Shown piece by piece: positions 1 through 9,023 of a stretch of DNA of 61,026 nucleotides. The stretch is taken from the NCBI GenBank assembly GCA_041666745.1, contig JBAYGI010000002.1:102291-163316 (forward strand), in the 5' to 3' direction. Position numbers and translations under genes: made by a program. Positions within the stretch are counted from its first letter, which is position 1. Each line of letters opens with the position of its first letter. Below the pieces are notes generated by a model. It worked only from the letters and a program-made list of their open reading frames with translations, was not told where the DNA came from and ran no database searches. This DNA is from Candidatus Magasanikiibacteriota bacterium (lineage in GTDB: Bacteria; Patescibacteriota; Patescibacteriia; Magasanikbacterales; GWA2-37-8).

Positions 1-1
1 T

Positions 2-748
2 ACCCATATTGTGGCGATTTCCGGTTATAATATTAGCGTGGTGGCCAGTGTGTTGATGGGCGGATTGTTGATGATCGGCCTGAATCGGCGGAGGGCTTTT
101 TGGTTTGCAATGTTTGGTATTATTTTATTTGTTTTGTTTACCGGAGCATCTGCTTCAGTAGTTCGTGCTGGTGTAATGGGCGTGATAGTGTTGTTGGCTT
201 CCCAGTTGGGTCGGCTGTCTAGGATCGGTAATGTGTTGGTTTTTACGGCGGCCGTGATGTTGTTGCTCAATCCATTTGTGTTGGTGTGGGATGCCGGTTT
301 CCAACTGTCTTTTTTGTCCACTCTTGGTTTGATTTATTTATCGCCAATATTAAATAATTATTTTGTTTTAGACAGCAAAAATGTTTTTATAAAAAATTTA
401 AAAGAAAATTTTACTACCACTATGTCAGCGATTTTGGCTACTTTGCCACTTATTTTATTTCAATTTGGACGTTTGTCGGTAGTGGCACCGGTAGCAAATT
501 TGTTGATTGTTTGGACAGTGCCTTATCTAATGTTAGCTGGTTTTATAGCTATAATTTTGAGTTGGCTGTGTTTTCCTTTGGCATGGCTGGTTGCGGGTGT
601 AGCTTATTTGGGGTTAAAATATGTTATAATGATGTCACATGGGTTGGCATCGTGGTCGTTGGCGAGTGTTGGGTTTTCGGTGTCTTGGCCGGTGATGGCG
701 GTTCTTTATTTATTGATTATATCTTGGGTTTTTAGACGGGTTGGATAG
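2..748 (+). CDS. comEC: ComEC/Rec2 competence-domain membrane protein, 5' end outside the window
   Basis: Frame is open from base 2 (THIVAISGYNISVV...SASVVRAGVMGV). Continuous polytopic hydrophobic sequence typical of the ComEC competence domain. Stops at TAG 746-748 with no fused metallo-beta-lactamase domain. Confidence 0.7.
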   Translation, partial: THIVAISGYNISVVASVLMGGLLMIGLNRRRAFWFAMFGIILFVLFTGASASVVRAGVMGVIVLLASQLGRLSRIGNVLVFTAAVMLLLNPFVLVWDAGFQLSFLSTLGLIYLSPILNNYFVLDSKNVFIKNLKENFTTTMSAILATLPLILFQFGRLSVVAPVANLLIVWTVPYLMLAGFIAIILSWLCFPLAWLVAGVAYLGLKYVIMMSHGLASWSLASVGFSVSWPVMAVLYLLIISWVFRRVG

Positions 749-859
749 GTGTTGGTTTTCTTGCGCTCAAACTTGTGCCGAATTGTTCGTTTTTCAGATA
801 TAGCCAGTGTTGTTCTCGGCACTTCGGACAATTCGCGCTGCGAAAATCAACACCTATCC
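743..859. repeat. Palindromic intergenic element, family B copy 1
   Basis: Ends GGATAGGTGTTGGTTTTC and GAAAATCAACACCTATCC are reverse complements with one G-T. The interior shares TTTTCTTGCGCTCAAACTTGT and ACAATTCGCGC blocks with the inverted copy at 924-1030. Overlaps the comEC stop codon. Confidence 0.8.
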
Positions 860-923
860 GACCCTTTAATTCTGGTTTACTGTTAATACTATTAAACTTT
901 TAAATTATATAAACTAGCCGAAT

Positions 924-1030
924 GGATATTAATTTTCGCCGCGCGAATTGTTTGAAGTAGCGAGAACCAAAAATGCTGTCTGCAGGACGATGAATTCGCT
1001 ACAAGTTTGAGCGCAAGAAAATTTATATCC
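924..1030. repeat. Palindromic intergenic element, family B copy 2 (inverted relative to copy 1)
   Basis: Ends GGATATTAATTTTC and GAAAATTTATATCC are complementary. Its reverse complement aligns with copy 1 over both conserved blocks. Confidence 0.8.
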
Positions 1031-1047
1031 ACGAGGCGTAAAAATAC

Positions 1048-1665
1048 ATGATAAAAAATATGGCAAAGATAAAAATTTTAAATTCGATGGCCGGTTACGA
1101 TTTGGCGGCACCGGATTACGATAAAAAAGAAAAGTATCTGAATAGTTTTGAACAAAATAAATTATTACCACTGTTTGGAAACGTGAAAGGCAAAAAAATA
1201 TTGGATGTCGGAGCAGGAACGGGGCGACTGGCGCTGGCTTTGTCAAAAGCTGGGGCGCAAATCACTGCTTTGGATGTTTCGTTTGAAATGTTGAAGGTGT
1301 TGTCCGGTAAAAACAAAAAGATTGAGACGTTGGTGGGGGAGGCGGAAAATCTACCATTTGAAGATGGTGTGTTTGATTTTGTGACCGCTACTTTTTTGGT
1401 GGTGCATTTAAAAAATCCCCTATCTTTTTTTGACGAGGCTTATCGGGTATTAAAAAATGACGGGAAATTGATTGTTACCAATATCAACCAAAAGGAAGCA
1501 CCGGAGGTGAAAACCAAACAAGGGAAAATAAAAATTGAATCTTTTTATCATCGTCCGGAGAAAATTATCGAAGATTTGGAAAGTTTGGCTTTTAAGATCG
1601 AGAAAAATATTTTTGTTTACGAAAACGATATTTGGATAAATCAGATAGTGGTAGCTGGTAAATAA
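1048..1665 (+). CDS. Class I SAM-dependent methyltransferase
   Basis: Motif I ILDVGAGTGRLALAL followed by an acidic loop (ALDVS) and a Methyltransf_11-like layout. The start could instead be ATG 1060. Confidence 0.7.
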   Translation: MIKNMAKIKILNSMAGYDLAAPDYDKKEKYLNSFEQNKLLPLFGNVKGKKILDVGAGTGRLALALSKAGAQITALDVSFEMLKVLSGKNKKIETLVGEAENLPFEDGVFDFVTATFLVVHLKNPLSFFDEAYRVLKNDGKLIVTNINQKEAPEVKTKQGKIKIESFYHRPEKIIEDLESLAFKIEKNIFVYENDIWINQIVVAGK

Positions 1666-1672
1666 TTTTTTT

Positions 1673-2527
1673 ATGGAGGGGAGGAATAAAAAATTATTAA
1701 TTATATTGGTAAGTTTTTTGGCGCTGGTTTTGGCTGGTTTTTTTTATTTAAAAAGTTTTTCTTCAAAATTTTATAATTCGGTAACTTTTTTTGATGTCGG
1801 TCAAGGTGACGCGGCTTTAATCACCTTTGATAATGGTCAAAAAATGTTGGTAGATTGTGGAATTAATCGTAAAATTTTATCTAAACTTGGCTCAGCCTTA
1901 TCTTTTTTTGATCGAACGATAGATTATTTGGTAATTACTCATCCCGACGGTGATCATTATGGCGGGTGTCCGGCTGTATTACAAAGATATGATGTCAAAA
2001 ATATTATCATCAATGGTGAAAAAAAATCGGATGATCCGTTTTGGGTGGCATGGCAGAAATATCAACAATTGGAGCAGGCTCAAAATAAAACTATTTCCGG
2101 CAAAGAAACAATGATTATCGGCAGTAGTCGGTTGGAATTTTTATCACCTGATGAAAGTTTGGAGCTGGATCCAAGTAAATCTGTCGGCAACAACCGCTCG
2201 ATAGTTTTTTTATTAAAAAATAATTTAGGAAAATTTTTATTTACCGGTGACATGGAAACGGTGCTCGAAGAAGCTTTGGTAAATAAATTTTGTTTAAACA
2301 CTTCGTACTGCAGTGCTCTTAAAGCTGATTATCTAAAAGTAGGACACCATGGCAGTGATAGTTCGTCTGGAGTAAGTTTTTTGCAAATAGTTGAACCCAA
2401 GTATGCGATTATCTCAGTAGGACCAAATAAATACGGTCATCCATCATTGCGCACCTTGCGTAAATTGACTAGGGTAGGAGCGACGATCTGGCGCACCGAC
2501 CAATTAAATGATATAATAGTGAAATGA
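1673..2527 (+). CDS. Membrane-anchored metallo-beta-lactamase-fold protein (ComEC C-terminal domain-like)
   Basis: N-terminal TM helix, then FFDVGQGDAALI, ITHPDGDHYGG and KVGHHGS motifs, as in the MBL domain normally fused to ComEC. Confidence 0.7.
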   Translation: MEGRNKKLLIILVSFLALVLAGFFYLKSFSSKFYNSVTFFDVGQGDAALITFDNGQKMLVDCGINRKILSKLGSALSFFDRTIDYLVITHPDGDHYGGCPAVLQRYDVKNIIINGEKKSDDPFWVAWQKYQQLEQAQNKTISGKETMIIGSSRLEFLSPDESLELDPSKSVGNNRSIVFLLKNNLGKFLFTGDMETVLEEALVNKFCLNTSYCSALKADYLKVGHHGSDSSSGVSFLQIVEPKYAIISVGPNKYGHPSLRTLRKLTRVGATIWRTDQLNDIIVK

Positions 2528-3132
2528 AAAAGCTTGTTTTACTATTTTTAGTTGTATGTTTATTTTCTGCCAACAAAGTATTGGCGGTAGGTGTAGTTGA
2601 TTCAGATGGTGATGGCCTAAACGATGAGCTAGAATTAAAATTGGGTACGGATGTTCAGAATCCGGATAGTGATGGTGATGGTTTCAAAGATGGGGAAGAG
2701 GTGTTCAATGGATACAATCCACTAGTCGGTGATCGTGATCAAAGTCTAAAACGCAGGGTAGAGGTGGATCTGAGCACGCAAAAAATAAAATATTATTTTA
2801 ACAATGTTTTAATTGGTGTCGCTCCGGTTTCGACCGGTGTGGTTGGTCACGATACCCCTACCGGTCAGTTTAATATTATTCGCAAATTACCGGTTTATCG
2901 TTATGTTGGTCCGGGATATAATTTACCTAATACCAAATGGAATTTAGAGTTTAAACGTAGTTTTTATTTGCATGGCGCTTATTGGCACAATCAGTTTGGT
3001 ATTCGACCGATGAGTCATGGTTGCGTGAATATTGGTTATAAAGATGCGGAAAAAATTTACAAATTCTTGAAAGTGGGCGATAGTGTAAAAATCAGCGGCA
3101 AAACCCCGCGTCATTCCTTGGCTAAAAAATAA
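2524..3132 (+). CDS. L,D-transpeptidase (YkuD) with N-terminal TSP3-like Asp-rich repeats
   Basis: Signal peptide, DSDGDGLND / DSDGDGFKDGEE repeats and catalytic motif SHGCVNI. ATGA overlap with the upstream gene. Confidence 0.8.
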   Translation: MKKLVLLFLVVCLFSANKVLAVGVVDSDGDGLNDELELKLGTDVQNPDSDGDGFKDGEEVFNGYNPLVGDRDQSLKRRVEVDLSTQKIKYYFNNVLIGVAPVSTGVVGHDTPTGQFNIIRKLPVYRYVGPGYNLPNTKWNLEFKRSFYLHGAYWHNQFGIRPMSHGCVNIGYKDAEKIYKFLKVGDSVKISGKTPRHSLAKK

Positions 3133-3144
3133 GGGATTGCGTAT

Positions 3145-3173
3145 TTGACATTTTTTTCAAAAACTGGTATATT
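3145..3173 (+). promoter_or_regulatory. Sigma70-like promoter TTGACA-N17-TATATT
   Basis: Exact -35 hexamer, 17-nt spacer and a near-consensus -10, located upstream of nusA. Confidence 0.45.
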
Positions 3174-3190
3174 GACATACAGAACATAAA

Positions 3191-3217
3191 GCACTTCTGT
3201 AGAGGGTGCTTTTTTTA
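3191..3217 (+). terminator. Hairpin plus T7 run between the promoter and nusA (terminator or leader attenuator)
   Basis: GCACTTCT-GTA-GAGGGTGC pairs with G-U wobbles that work only on the + strand. It is followed by TTTTTTT. Confidence 0.4.
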
Positions 3218-3242
3218 ATAAGTTAATTTAATTTATATATTT

Positions 3243-4475
3243 ATGTCAGAAATTACAAAGGCCATCCAACTGTTGTGTGAGGAAAAAAATTTATCTTCGG
3301 AAGCAGTCATGGAAACCATAGAAACCGCTTTGGCAGCCGCTTATCGCAAAGATTTTGGCAATAAGCAACAAAATATCAAGGTAAAATTTGATCCGGAAAC
3401 TGCGGATATGCAGGCTTGGGATATCAAAACAGTAGTCGAGGATATCGATGAAGAGGTTTTAAAAAATGCTCAAGAGGAAATGACCCGTCGTCGTGAAAAA
3501 GCGCGTGAAGAGGATCGTGAATTAACCGAAGAAGAGATGTCCGATTTGCCTCATTTTAATCCAAAAACCGAGTTGATGATTACCGAAGCTAAAAAGATTA
3601 ATAAAAAAGTAAAAATTGGCGAGGTGATGGAAATTCCACTGGAAATTCCAGGATCTTTTGGGCGTATGGCCGCTCAGACAGCCAAGCAGGTGATTATTCA
3701 AAAGATTCGCGAAGCGGAACGTAATATGGTTTTTGGTGACTTCAAAGGACAAGAAGGTCAAATTATCATGGGCACGATTCAGCGCGCTGAAGGTCGTAAA
3801 GTTTTGGTAGATTTGGGAAAGGTTACCGGTTTGCTATTGGGTGAACAACAAATTGAACGTGAACATTATCGCCCGGGTGCTCGTATGAAATTTTATGTGT
3901 TGTCTGTAAATATGGGTCCGCGCGGTCCGGAAATTTTGCTATCACGTTCTTCCAGCCGATTGGTGGAAGAGATTTTTAAACAAGAAATCCCGGAAATTGA
4001 AAGTGGTGTGGTAAAAATAAAAGGCGTAGCCCGTGATGCCGGTTATCGCAGTAAGGTGGCGGTGCAAACCGATGACGAAGCGATTGATCCGGTCGGAGCT
4101 TGTATTGGTCAACGTGGAAGTCGTATCAATACTATTATCGAAGAATTGGGCGGAGAAAAAATCGATATCATTGAATTTAAAGATGACATTTCTACCTATA
4201 TAATAAAAGCACTTTCCCCGGCCAAAGTTTCCTCGGTTGAATTAAATGAAACTGAAAAAACTGCCGATGTGATGGTGGCTTCTGATCAATTTTCTCTGGC
4301 GATTGGTCGCAGTGGACAAAATGTGCGTTTGGCCAGTGAATTGACCGGTTGGAGAATAAATTTGAAAGATTTGGGTGGTGATCAGGTGGTGGATAGCGCG
4401 GAATTGTCAACTGAACCAACTACAACAGAAGTTTCTGCGGAACCGGAAGCTCCTTCAGAATCCAAAGAAGAATAA
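3243..4475 (+). CDS. nusA: Transcription termination/antitermination factor NusA
   Basis: N-terminal NusA domain (ETALAAAYRKDFG), S1 and tandem KH domains (GACIGQRGSRINTIIEELGGEKIDII). Confidence 0.93.
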   Translation: MSEITKAIQLLCEEKNLSSEAVMETIETALAAAYRKDFGNKQQNIKVKFDPETADMQAWDIKTVVEDIDEEVLKNAQEEMTRRREKAREEDRELTEEEMSDLPHFNPKTELMITEAKKINKKVKIGEVMEIPLEIPGSFGRMAAQTAKQVIIQKIREAERNMVFGDFKGQEGQIIMGTIQRAEGRKVLVDLGKVTGLLLGEQQIEREHYRPGARMKFYVLSVNMGPRGPEILLSRSSSRLVEEIFKQEIPEIESGVVKIKGVARDAGYRSKVAVQTDDEAIDPVGACIGQRGSRINTIIEELGGEKIDIIEFKDDISTYIIKALSPAKVSSVELNETEKTADVMVASDQFSLAIGRSGQNVRLASELTGWRINLKDLGGDQVVDSAELSTEPTTTEVSAEPEAPSESKEE

Positions 4476-4486
4476 AAATACATATT

Positions 4487-5266
4487 ATGTTTTCAAATAT
4501 TTTTCACGTTATTTTATACCAACCATTATTTAATATATTTGTTGGTCTATACAATATTTTACCGGGTCACGATGTTGGTCTGGTAATTGTAGTGGTAACG
4601 GTATTGTTGCGCTTGTTGGTTTATCCTCTAACCGCATCTTCCATAAAAGCTCAACGATCTTTGCAAGAGCTTCAGCCAAAAATGGAGGCATTAAAAAAAC
4701 AATACGCCGGCGATCAACAAAAAATAGCTCAGGCGACAATGGAATTATATAAAAACAACAAGGTGAATCCGTTTGCTTCATGTTTGCCTCTGTTGGTTCA
4801 ATTACCAATTTTAATTGCCCTTTATTGGGTAATGCGCGATGGTTTGGCTTCGACCGATCTGGCCAAATCACTTTATTCTTTTGTTGCCAACCCTGGTACT
4901 ATCAACCCAGTTTCATTTGGGTTTTTGAATTTATCCAAACCAAACGTGGTTTTGGCAGTTTTAGCCGGTGTTGCTCAGTTTTTGCAAGCCAAAACCATGA
5001 TTCGCCAAGCGCCACCAAAATCAGCCGGTGAGGGAGGTAAAGATGAAAACATGATGGCAATGATGAACAAGCAGATGTTGTATTTGATGCCAGCGATGAC
5101 TGTGCTTATCGGTTTTAGTTTGCCGGCCGGGCTGACATTATATTGGTTTTGGAGTACAATTTTAATGGCTGGTCAACAATATTATATGTCCAAGAAAAAT
5201 CCAGTTGTTGTGGATATTGGTTTGCTGGATAATAAAGTAATCGAAGGTGAAGTGGTAAAAAAATAA
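4487..5266 (+). CDS. yidC: Membrane protein insertase YidC (short form)
   Basis: LRLLVYPL, LQPKMEALKKQY, LYKNNKVNPFASCLPLLVQLPILIALY. Confidence 0.9.
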   Translation: MFSNIFHVILYQPLFNIFVGLYNILPGHDVGLVIVVVTVLLRLLVYPLTASSIKAQRSLQELQPKMEALKKQYAGDQQKIAQATMELYKNNKVNPFASCLPLLVQLPILIALYWVMRDGLASTDLAKSLYSFVANPGTINPVSFGFLNLSKPNVVLAVLAGVAQFLQAKTMIRQAPPKSAGEGGKDENMMAMMNKQMLYLMPAMTVLIGFSLPAGLTLYWFWSTILMAGQQYYMSKKNPVVVDIGLLDNKVIEGEVVKK

Positions 5267-5273
5267 ATTTTGT

Positions 5274-5591
5274 ATGATTATCAATTTGCATCAATTAAAA
5301 AAATTACCGGTAATTACGAAATCGGGAATAAAATTGGGCAAGATCAGTGAAATAAATTTTTTGGTGGAAACTCAAACTGTTTATCAATATATTGTACGAT
5401 CGTCTTTTTTAGGCGGTCGTATTTTTTTAATTCAAACCAATCAGGTTTTGGAAATCAGCGATAAAATAATAGTGGATGATGCGGTAGTGGCAGAAAAAAG
5501 TGTGGTGGCGGATGTTTCAAATAAATTTATCCATAATAAAATTTTAGGCGGGGTAGCAACCAGCGAAATTAATGGTGGAAAAGTTGTATGA
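5274..5591 (+). CDS. Small PRC-barrel-like protein
   Basis: 105 aa with LKKLPVITKSGIKLGKISEINF, resembling YlmC/YmxH-type PRC barrels. Assignment is weak. Confidence 0.4.
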   Translation: MIINLHQLKKLPVITKSGIKLGKISEINFLVETQTVYQYIVRSSFLGGRIFLIQTNQVLEISDKIIVDDAVVAEKSVVADVSNKFIHNKILGGVATSEINGGKVV

Positions 5592-6520
5592 AAAAGGCGG
5601 TTTTGCGTACTTTGGCTTATTTTGATCTAAGCGCATATCCTCTGACAGCTATTGAAATAAAAAATTGGCTTTATCAATGTGAATTTGCTGACTTGTCTAA
5701 CTTGTTATTGGTTTTAGAAGAAATGAAAAAGGCCAATCAGATAGAAGAAAAATACAGTTATTTTTATTTGCCTAAAAGAGAGGTAACGGTAGAAAACAGG
5801 CGACGCAATTTGGTGACTTCGGAATTAAAATTAAAAAAAGCGCGTCGGGCGGTCAAGTTTATTCGTGGCGTTCCATTTTTGCAGGCAATTTTTGTTTGTA
5901 ATACAGTGGCAGCCGGCACTTCAGCCGTGGATAGTGATATTGATTTTTTTATTATCGCCAAGAGTAAGCGTGTCTGGTTGGTTAGATTTTTTACCAATCT
6001 TATTCTGCGTGTATTTAATTTGCGTACCTACGGAGATAAAAATCGTGATAAAATTTGTCTGTCATTTTTTGTTGATGATGACAATTTGAATTTGGAGAAA
6101 CTAAAGGCCAACGATCAGGATATCCATTTTGCTTATTGGATTACGCAGATGGTGCCAATTTATGATCCGGATAATTATTGGAAAAGTTTTTTGTCAGCCA
6201 ATTATTGGTTGACAGATTATTTCCCAAATTTATTAAATAATTTTAGTTTTTTAAATTTAGTCGGACGAGGTAATATTGCGAGAATATGGAAAAAAATATG
6301 GGAGACGATGTGGTTTGGATCATACGGTAATTTGTTGGAAAAACAAGCGCGTGATTGGCAAATGCTAAAAATGAAATTGAGTGTCAAAGAAAAGTCAAAA
6401 TTAAATGACAATGGAGTGGTGTTGACTGAGGGGATAATAAAATTACACGAAAATGATACTCGCTTAGACTGTGAAAAACAATGGGAAGAAAGATCGCAGT
6501 CGGCGTTAAATTCATTATGA
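5588..6520 (+). CDS. Nucleotidyltransferase-fold protein, function unknown
   Basis: GTSAVDSDIDFFII matches the G[SG]...DxD minimal NTase motif. ATGA overlap with the upstream gene. Confidence 0.4.
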   Translation: MKKAVLRTLAYFDLSAYPLTAIEIKNWLYQCEFADLSNLLLVLEEMKKANQIEEKYSYFYLPKREVTVENRRRNLVTSELKLKKARRAVKFIRGVPFLQAIFVCNTVAAGTSAVDSDIDFFIIAKSKRVWLVRFFTNLILRVFNLRTYGDKNRDKICLSFFVDDDNLNLEKLKANDQDIHFAYWITQMVPIYDPDNYWKSFLSANYWLTDYFPNLLNNFSFLNLVGRGNIARIWKKIWETMWFGSYGNLLEKQARDWQMLKMKLSVKEKSKLNDNGVVLTEGIIKLHENDTRLDCEKQWEERSQSALNSL

Positions 6521-7818
6521 ACATACATATTAGTCAAATAAAAAATTTTTTACTTTTGTTGTTATTATTTGTTTTGCCTTGGCAAACTAGGTTGATTTAC
6601 CAAACCGCGTATTTGGGTAATGATTTTTGGGAGTATGGCAGTTTGTCTTTGTATGGCACCGAAATTTTGTTAGGCGTTATTATTTTATTATTTTTGGTTG
6701 ACAAAATTCGTACCGGTTTTCATGATCTTTTCATTACACATTTTGACAAAAAACGTTTAGCGATAATAGTGGCTGGTTTTTTAGTTATTCTTTCGTTGTA
6801 TTATTTTTCTAGCGCCAACCATGCCGTTACTTGGCAATATTTGAATTGGTTAATATATGGAGCTTGCTTGTTTTTTATTATTTTGGAAAGTCGTTTGAGT
6901 TTTAAAAAATTATCACTATGTATTTGGGCAGGGGGATTGTTTCAAGCGGTTTTGGGAATATGGCAATTTTTTAGTCAATATATTTCCGCCAACAAATGGT
7001 TGGGTATGGCGGTGCAAGACCCGCGTCAGCTGGGAGTGGCCGTGGTAGAATTTGGAGATGAACGTTGGCTACGTGCTTATGGCGCGTTTGGTTGGCCAAA
7101 TTCTTTGGGGATATATTTGGCTGTAGTTTTTGTTTTGGGGGTAATTTTAATTTGTCATTCCCGCGAAAGCGGGAATCTAACAGAAAAAACAGATCCCCGT
7201 TTTCACGGGGATGACATATTGTTGATTGGACAAATAATAATTTTGTCCGGATTATTTCTGTCTTTCGCTCGCGGAGCATGGCTGGCAGTGGCCGTCGGTT
7301 TGTGTATTTTGGGCTTTAAAAAATATAAGGAAAAAACTTTTTGGCAACAAGTCGGTATTTGTGGGGTAACTTTTTTGATGTTATTGATTATCTTTAAACC
7401 ATTGGTTTTTTCCCGATTGGATTTTCAAAATCGTTTAGAAAAAATATCTATTTCACAGCGTGTGAATCAATGGTCGGAATTTCAACAAGTTTGGTCTAAA
7501 AATTATCTAGTTGGCACCGGTCCGGGCAATTACACAGCCGTTTTACGCAACCTTTATCCAAAATATTTTGTCGGAGATTTAAAACCGGTACATAATATAT
7601 TTTTGTTGTTTATAGCTGAATGGGGGTTGATTGGAGTAATTTTATTATCAGTATTTTTGTTTTACAGCAAAAAAATATTAGATTGGTCATTTGCTCCATC
7701 GATAGTTCTATTAGTTGCCGGTTTGTTTGATCACTGGAGTTTGAGCACATTTACCGGCTTGATGTTTTTTTGTGTGATTATTGGTTTGTCGGTAAAGCAA
7801 TTGTATGACTGTAAATAA
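6517..7818 (+). CDS. O-antigen ligase (Wzy_C)-like polytopic membrane protein
   Basis: More than 10 hydrophobic helices and a LSFARGAWLAVAVG motif. Start ATG 6517 is preferred because it overlaps the upstream stop as ATGA. Confidence 0.6.
   Translation: MNIHISQIKNFLLLLLLFVLPWQTRLIYQTAYLGNDFWEYGSLSLYGTEILLGVIILLFLVDKIRTGFHDLFITHFDKKRLAIIVAGFLVILSLYYFSSANHAVTWQYLNWLIYGACLFFIILESRLSFKKLSLCIWAGGLFQAVLGIWQFFSQYISANKWLGMAVQDPRQLGVAVVEFGDERWLRAYGAFGWPNSLGIYLAVVFVLGVILICHSRESGNLTEKTDPRFHGDDILLIGQIIILSGLFLSFARGAWLAVAVGLCILGFKKYKEKTFWQQVGICGVTFLMLLIIFKPLVFSRLDFQNRLEKISISQRVNQWSEFQQVWSKNYLVGTGPGNYTAVLRNLYPKYFVGDLKPVHNIFLLFIAEWGLIGVILLSVFLFYSKKILDWSFAPSIVLLVAGLFDHWSLSTFTGLMFFCVIIGLSVKQLYDCK
7154..7215. 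repeat. Two family C hairpin elements in inverted orientation, in frame inside the CDS
   Basis: GTCATTCCCGCGAAAGCGGGAATC (7154-7177) and GATCCCCGTTTTCACGGGGATGAC (7192-7215). Together they encode HSRESGNLTEKTDPRFHGDD. Confidence 0.85.
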
Positions 7819-8470
7819 AACTATTATGTTAAGCACAAAAAGTATTTGGCAAAACACAAAAACCTTTTTTCCTTTATTTGAGAGTTTTATTGAAAAAAGT
7901 GATAACCCTCGACCGGTAGTTTGTATAGTTGGCGCCTCCGACGGTAGATTTGTTGTTCCTTTGGCCAGAAAGAATTATGATATTATCGCAGTTGAAAATG
8001 ATCCCATCATGATAAATGGTGGTGTTGTGGAAGGTCCAAACAAAACAAAAATAAATGTACTTGGTTTAAAAGAAAGATTAAAGATCGAACAATTATCATC
8101 GTCTGTTAAAATAATTGAAAATAATTTTCTTGATGCGGATTTACCTTTTTTAGTGGATGCTGTCTTTACAAGTTCGACATGGGATTGTACTATCAATCAC
8201 AACAGTTCATTAAAAGAGTATATCAATAAAATGCAGGTCATACTAAAACCATCAGGTTTGTTTTGTGCAGAGTACATGATGCCGTGTGAAGAAAAACATC
8301 TAAATGTCGAACATTTTTTGGATGAAAGAAAGATAAATAATTTTTTCAATGAAGATTGGCAAATACTCGAAGAGTTTTTTACTCCAGTTTTTATTGACGA
8401 ACCCCATGTTGGTAAAATTTTTCCTCACAATCACCGAATGGGATTTTTTGTGGCTAAAAAAATTAAATAA
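7805..8470 (+). CDS. Probable SAM-dependent methyltransferase (TehB-like)
   Basis: VVCIVGASDGRFVVPLA followed by IIAVENDP, which is a motif I / acidic loop arrangement. Confidence 0.45.
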   Translation: MTVNKTIMLSTKSIWQNTKTFFPLFESFIEKSDNPRPVVCIVGASDGRFVVPLARKNYDIIAVENDPIMINGGVVEGPNKTKINVLGLKERLKIEQLSSSVKIIENNFLDADLPFLVDAVFTSSTWDCTINHNSSLKEYINKMQVILKPSGLFCAEYMMPCEEKHLNVEHFLDERKINNFFNEDWQILEEFFTPVFIDEPHVGKIFPHNHRMGFFVAKKIK

Positions 8471-8491
8471 TATTTAAGTATAAATTAATAT

Positions 8492-8926
8492 ATGGAAAAA
8501 GAACGTTTCAAAATTCCTGCCGCAGGTCACTTGTTTTTAATTAAAGATGGGAAAATATTATTGCATTTAAGAAAAAATAGCAGTTTCGAAAATATGTATG
8601 GGGTGATTGGCGGTCATCTGGATGGTGGTGAAAGTGCGATGAATTCTATAATCAGGGAAGCAAAAGAAGAAGTAGGGATCAATATTAAATATGAAGATTT
8701 GAAAATAGCCACTATTTCACATAGTAATGCCAACAATAAAGAATACATACAATTTTTCTTTTTTTGTGATAAATGGGATGGTGATTTACAAAATATGGAG
8801 CTGGATAAATGTGCTGACTTAAAATTTTTTTCAACAAAAGACCTACCTGAAAATATTGTGCCTTATATTAAAAAAGCTATCGAGTGTGCCGAATCTGGCG
8901 TTACTTATTTCGAGTTTGGATGGTAA
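8492..8926 (+). CDS. NUDIX hydrolase
   Basis: Nudix box GGHLDGGESAMNSIIREAKEEVGI. Confidence 0.85.
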   Translation: MEKERFKIPAAGHLFLIKDGKILLHLRKNSSFENMYGVIGGHLDGGESAMNSIIREAKEEVGINIKYEDLKIATISHSNANNKEYIQFFFFCDKWDGDLQNMELDKCADLKFFSTKDLPENIVPYIKKAIECAESGVTYFEFGW

Positions 8927-9012
8927 TTTGATCATTCGGTGTCCTCTAATCGATAATTGACTACCACCATCAAAAGTGATAGTCTTTTTATAAGCCAAAA
9001 TCAACCAACATA

Positions 9013-9020
9013 GGGGGGGG
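9013..9020. repeat. G8 homopolymer immediately upstream of a start codon
   Basis: TAGGGGGGGGAGAATG. This is one of only two G8 tracts I saw in the window. Confidence 0.9.
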
Positions 9021-9023
9021 AGA

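Noticed and set aside
929-1246. ORF 929-1246 (-)
   Set aside because: It runs through palindromic element B2 and is antisense to the methyltransferase start. It is most likely spurious.
2524-6520. Alternative genetic code (UGA recoded), as in some CPR lineages
   Set aside because: TGA terminates well-supported genes, often as ATGA overlaps (2524-2527, 5588-5591, 6517-6520). RF2, which reads UGA, is present.
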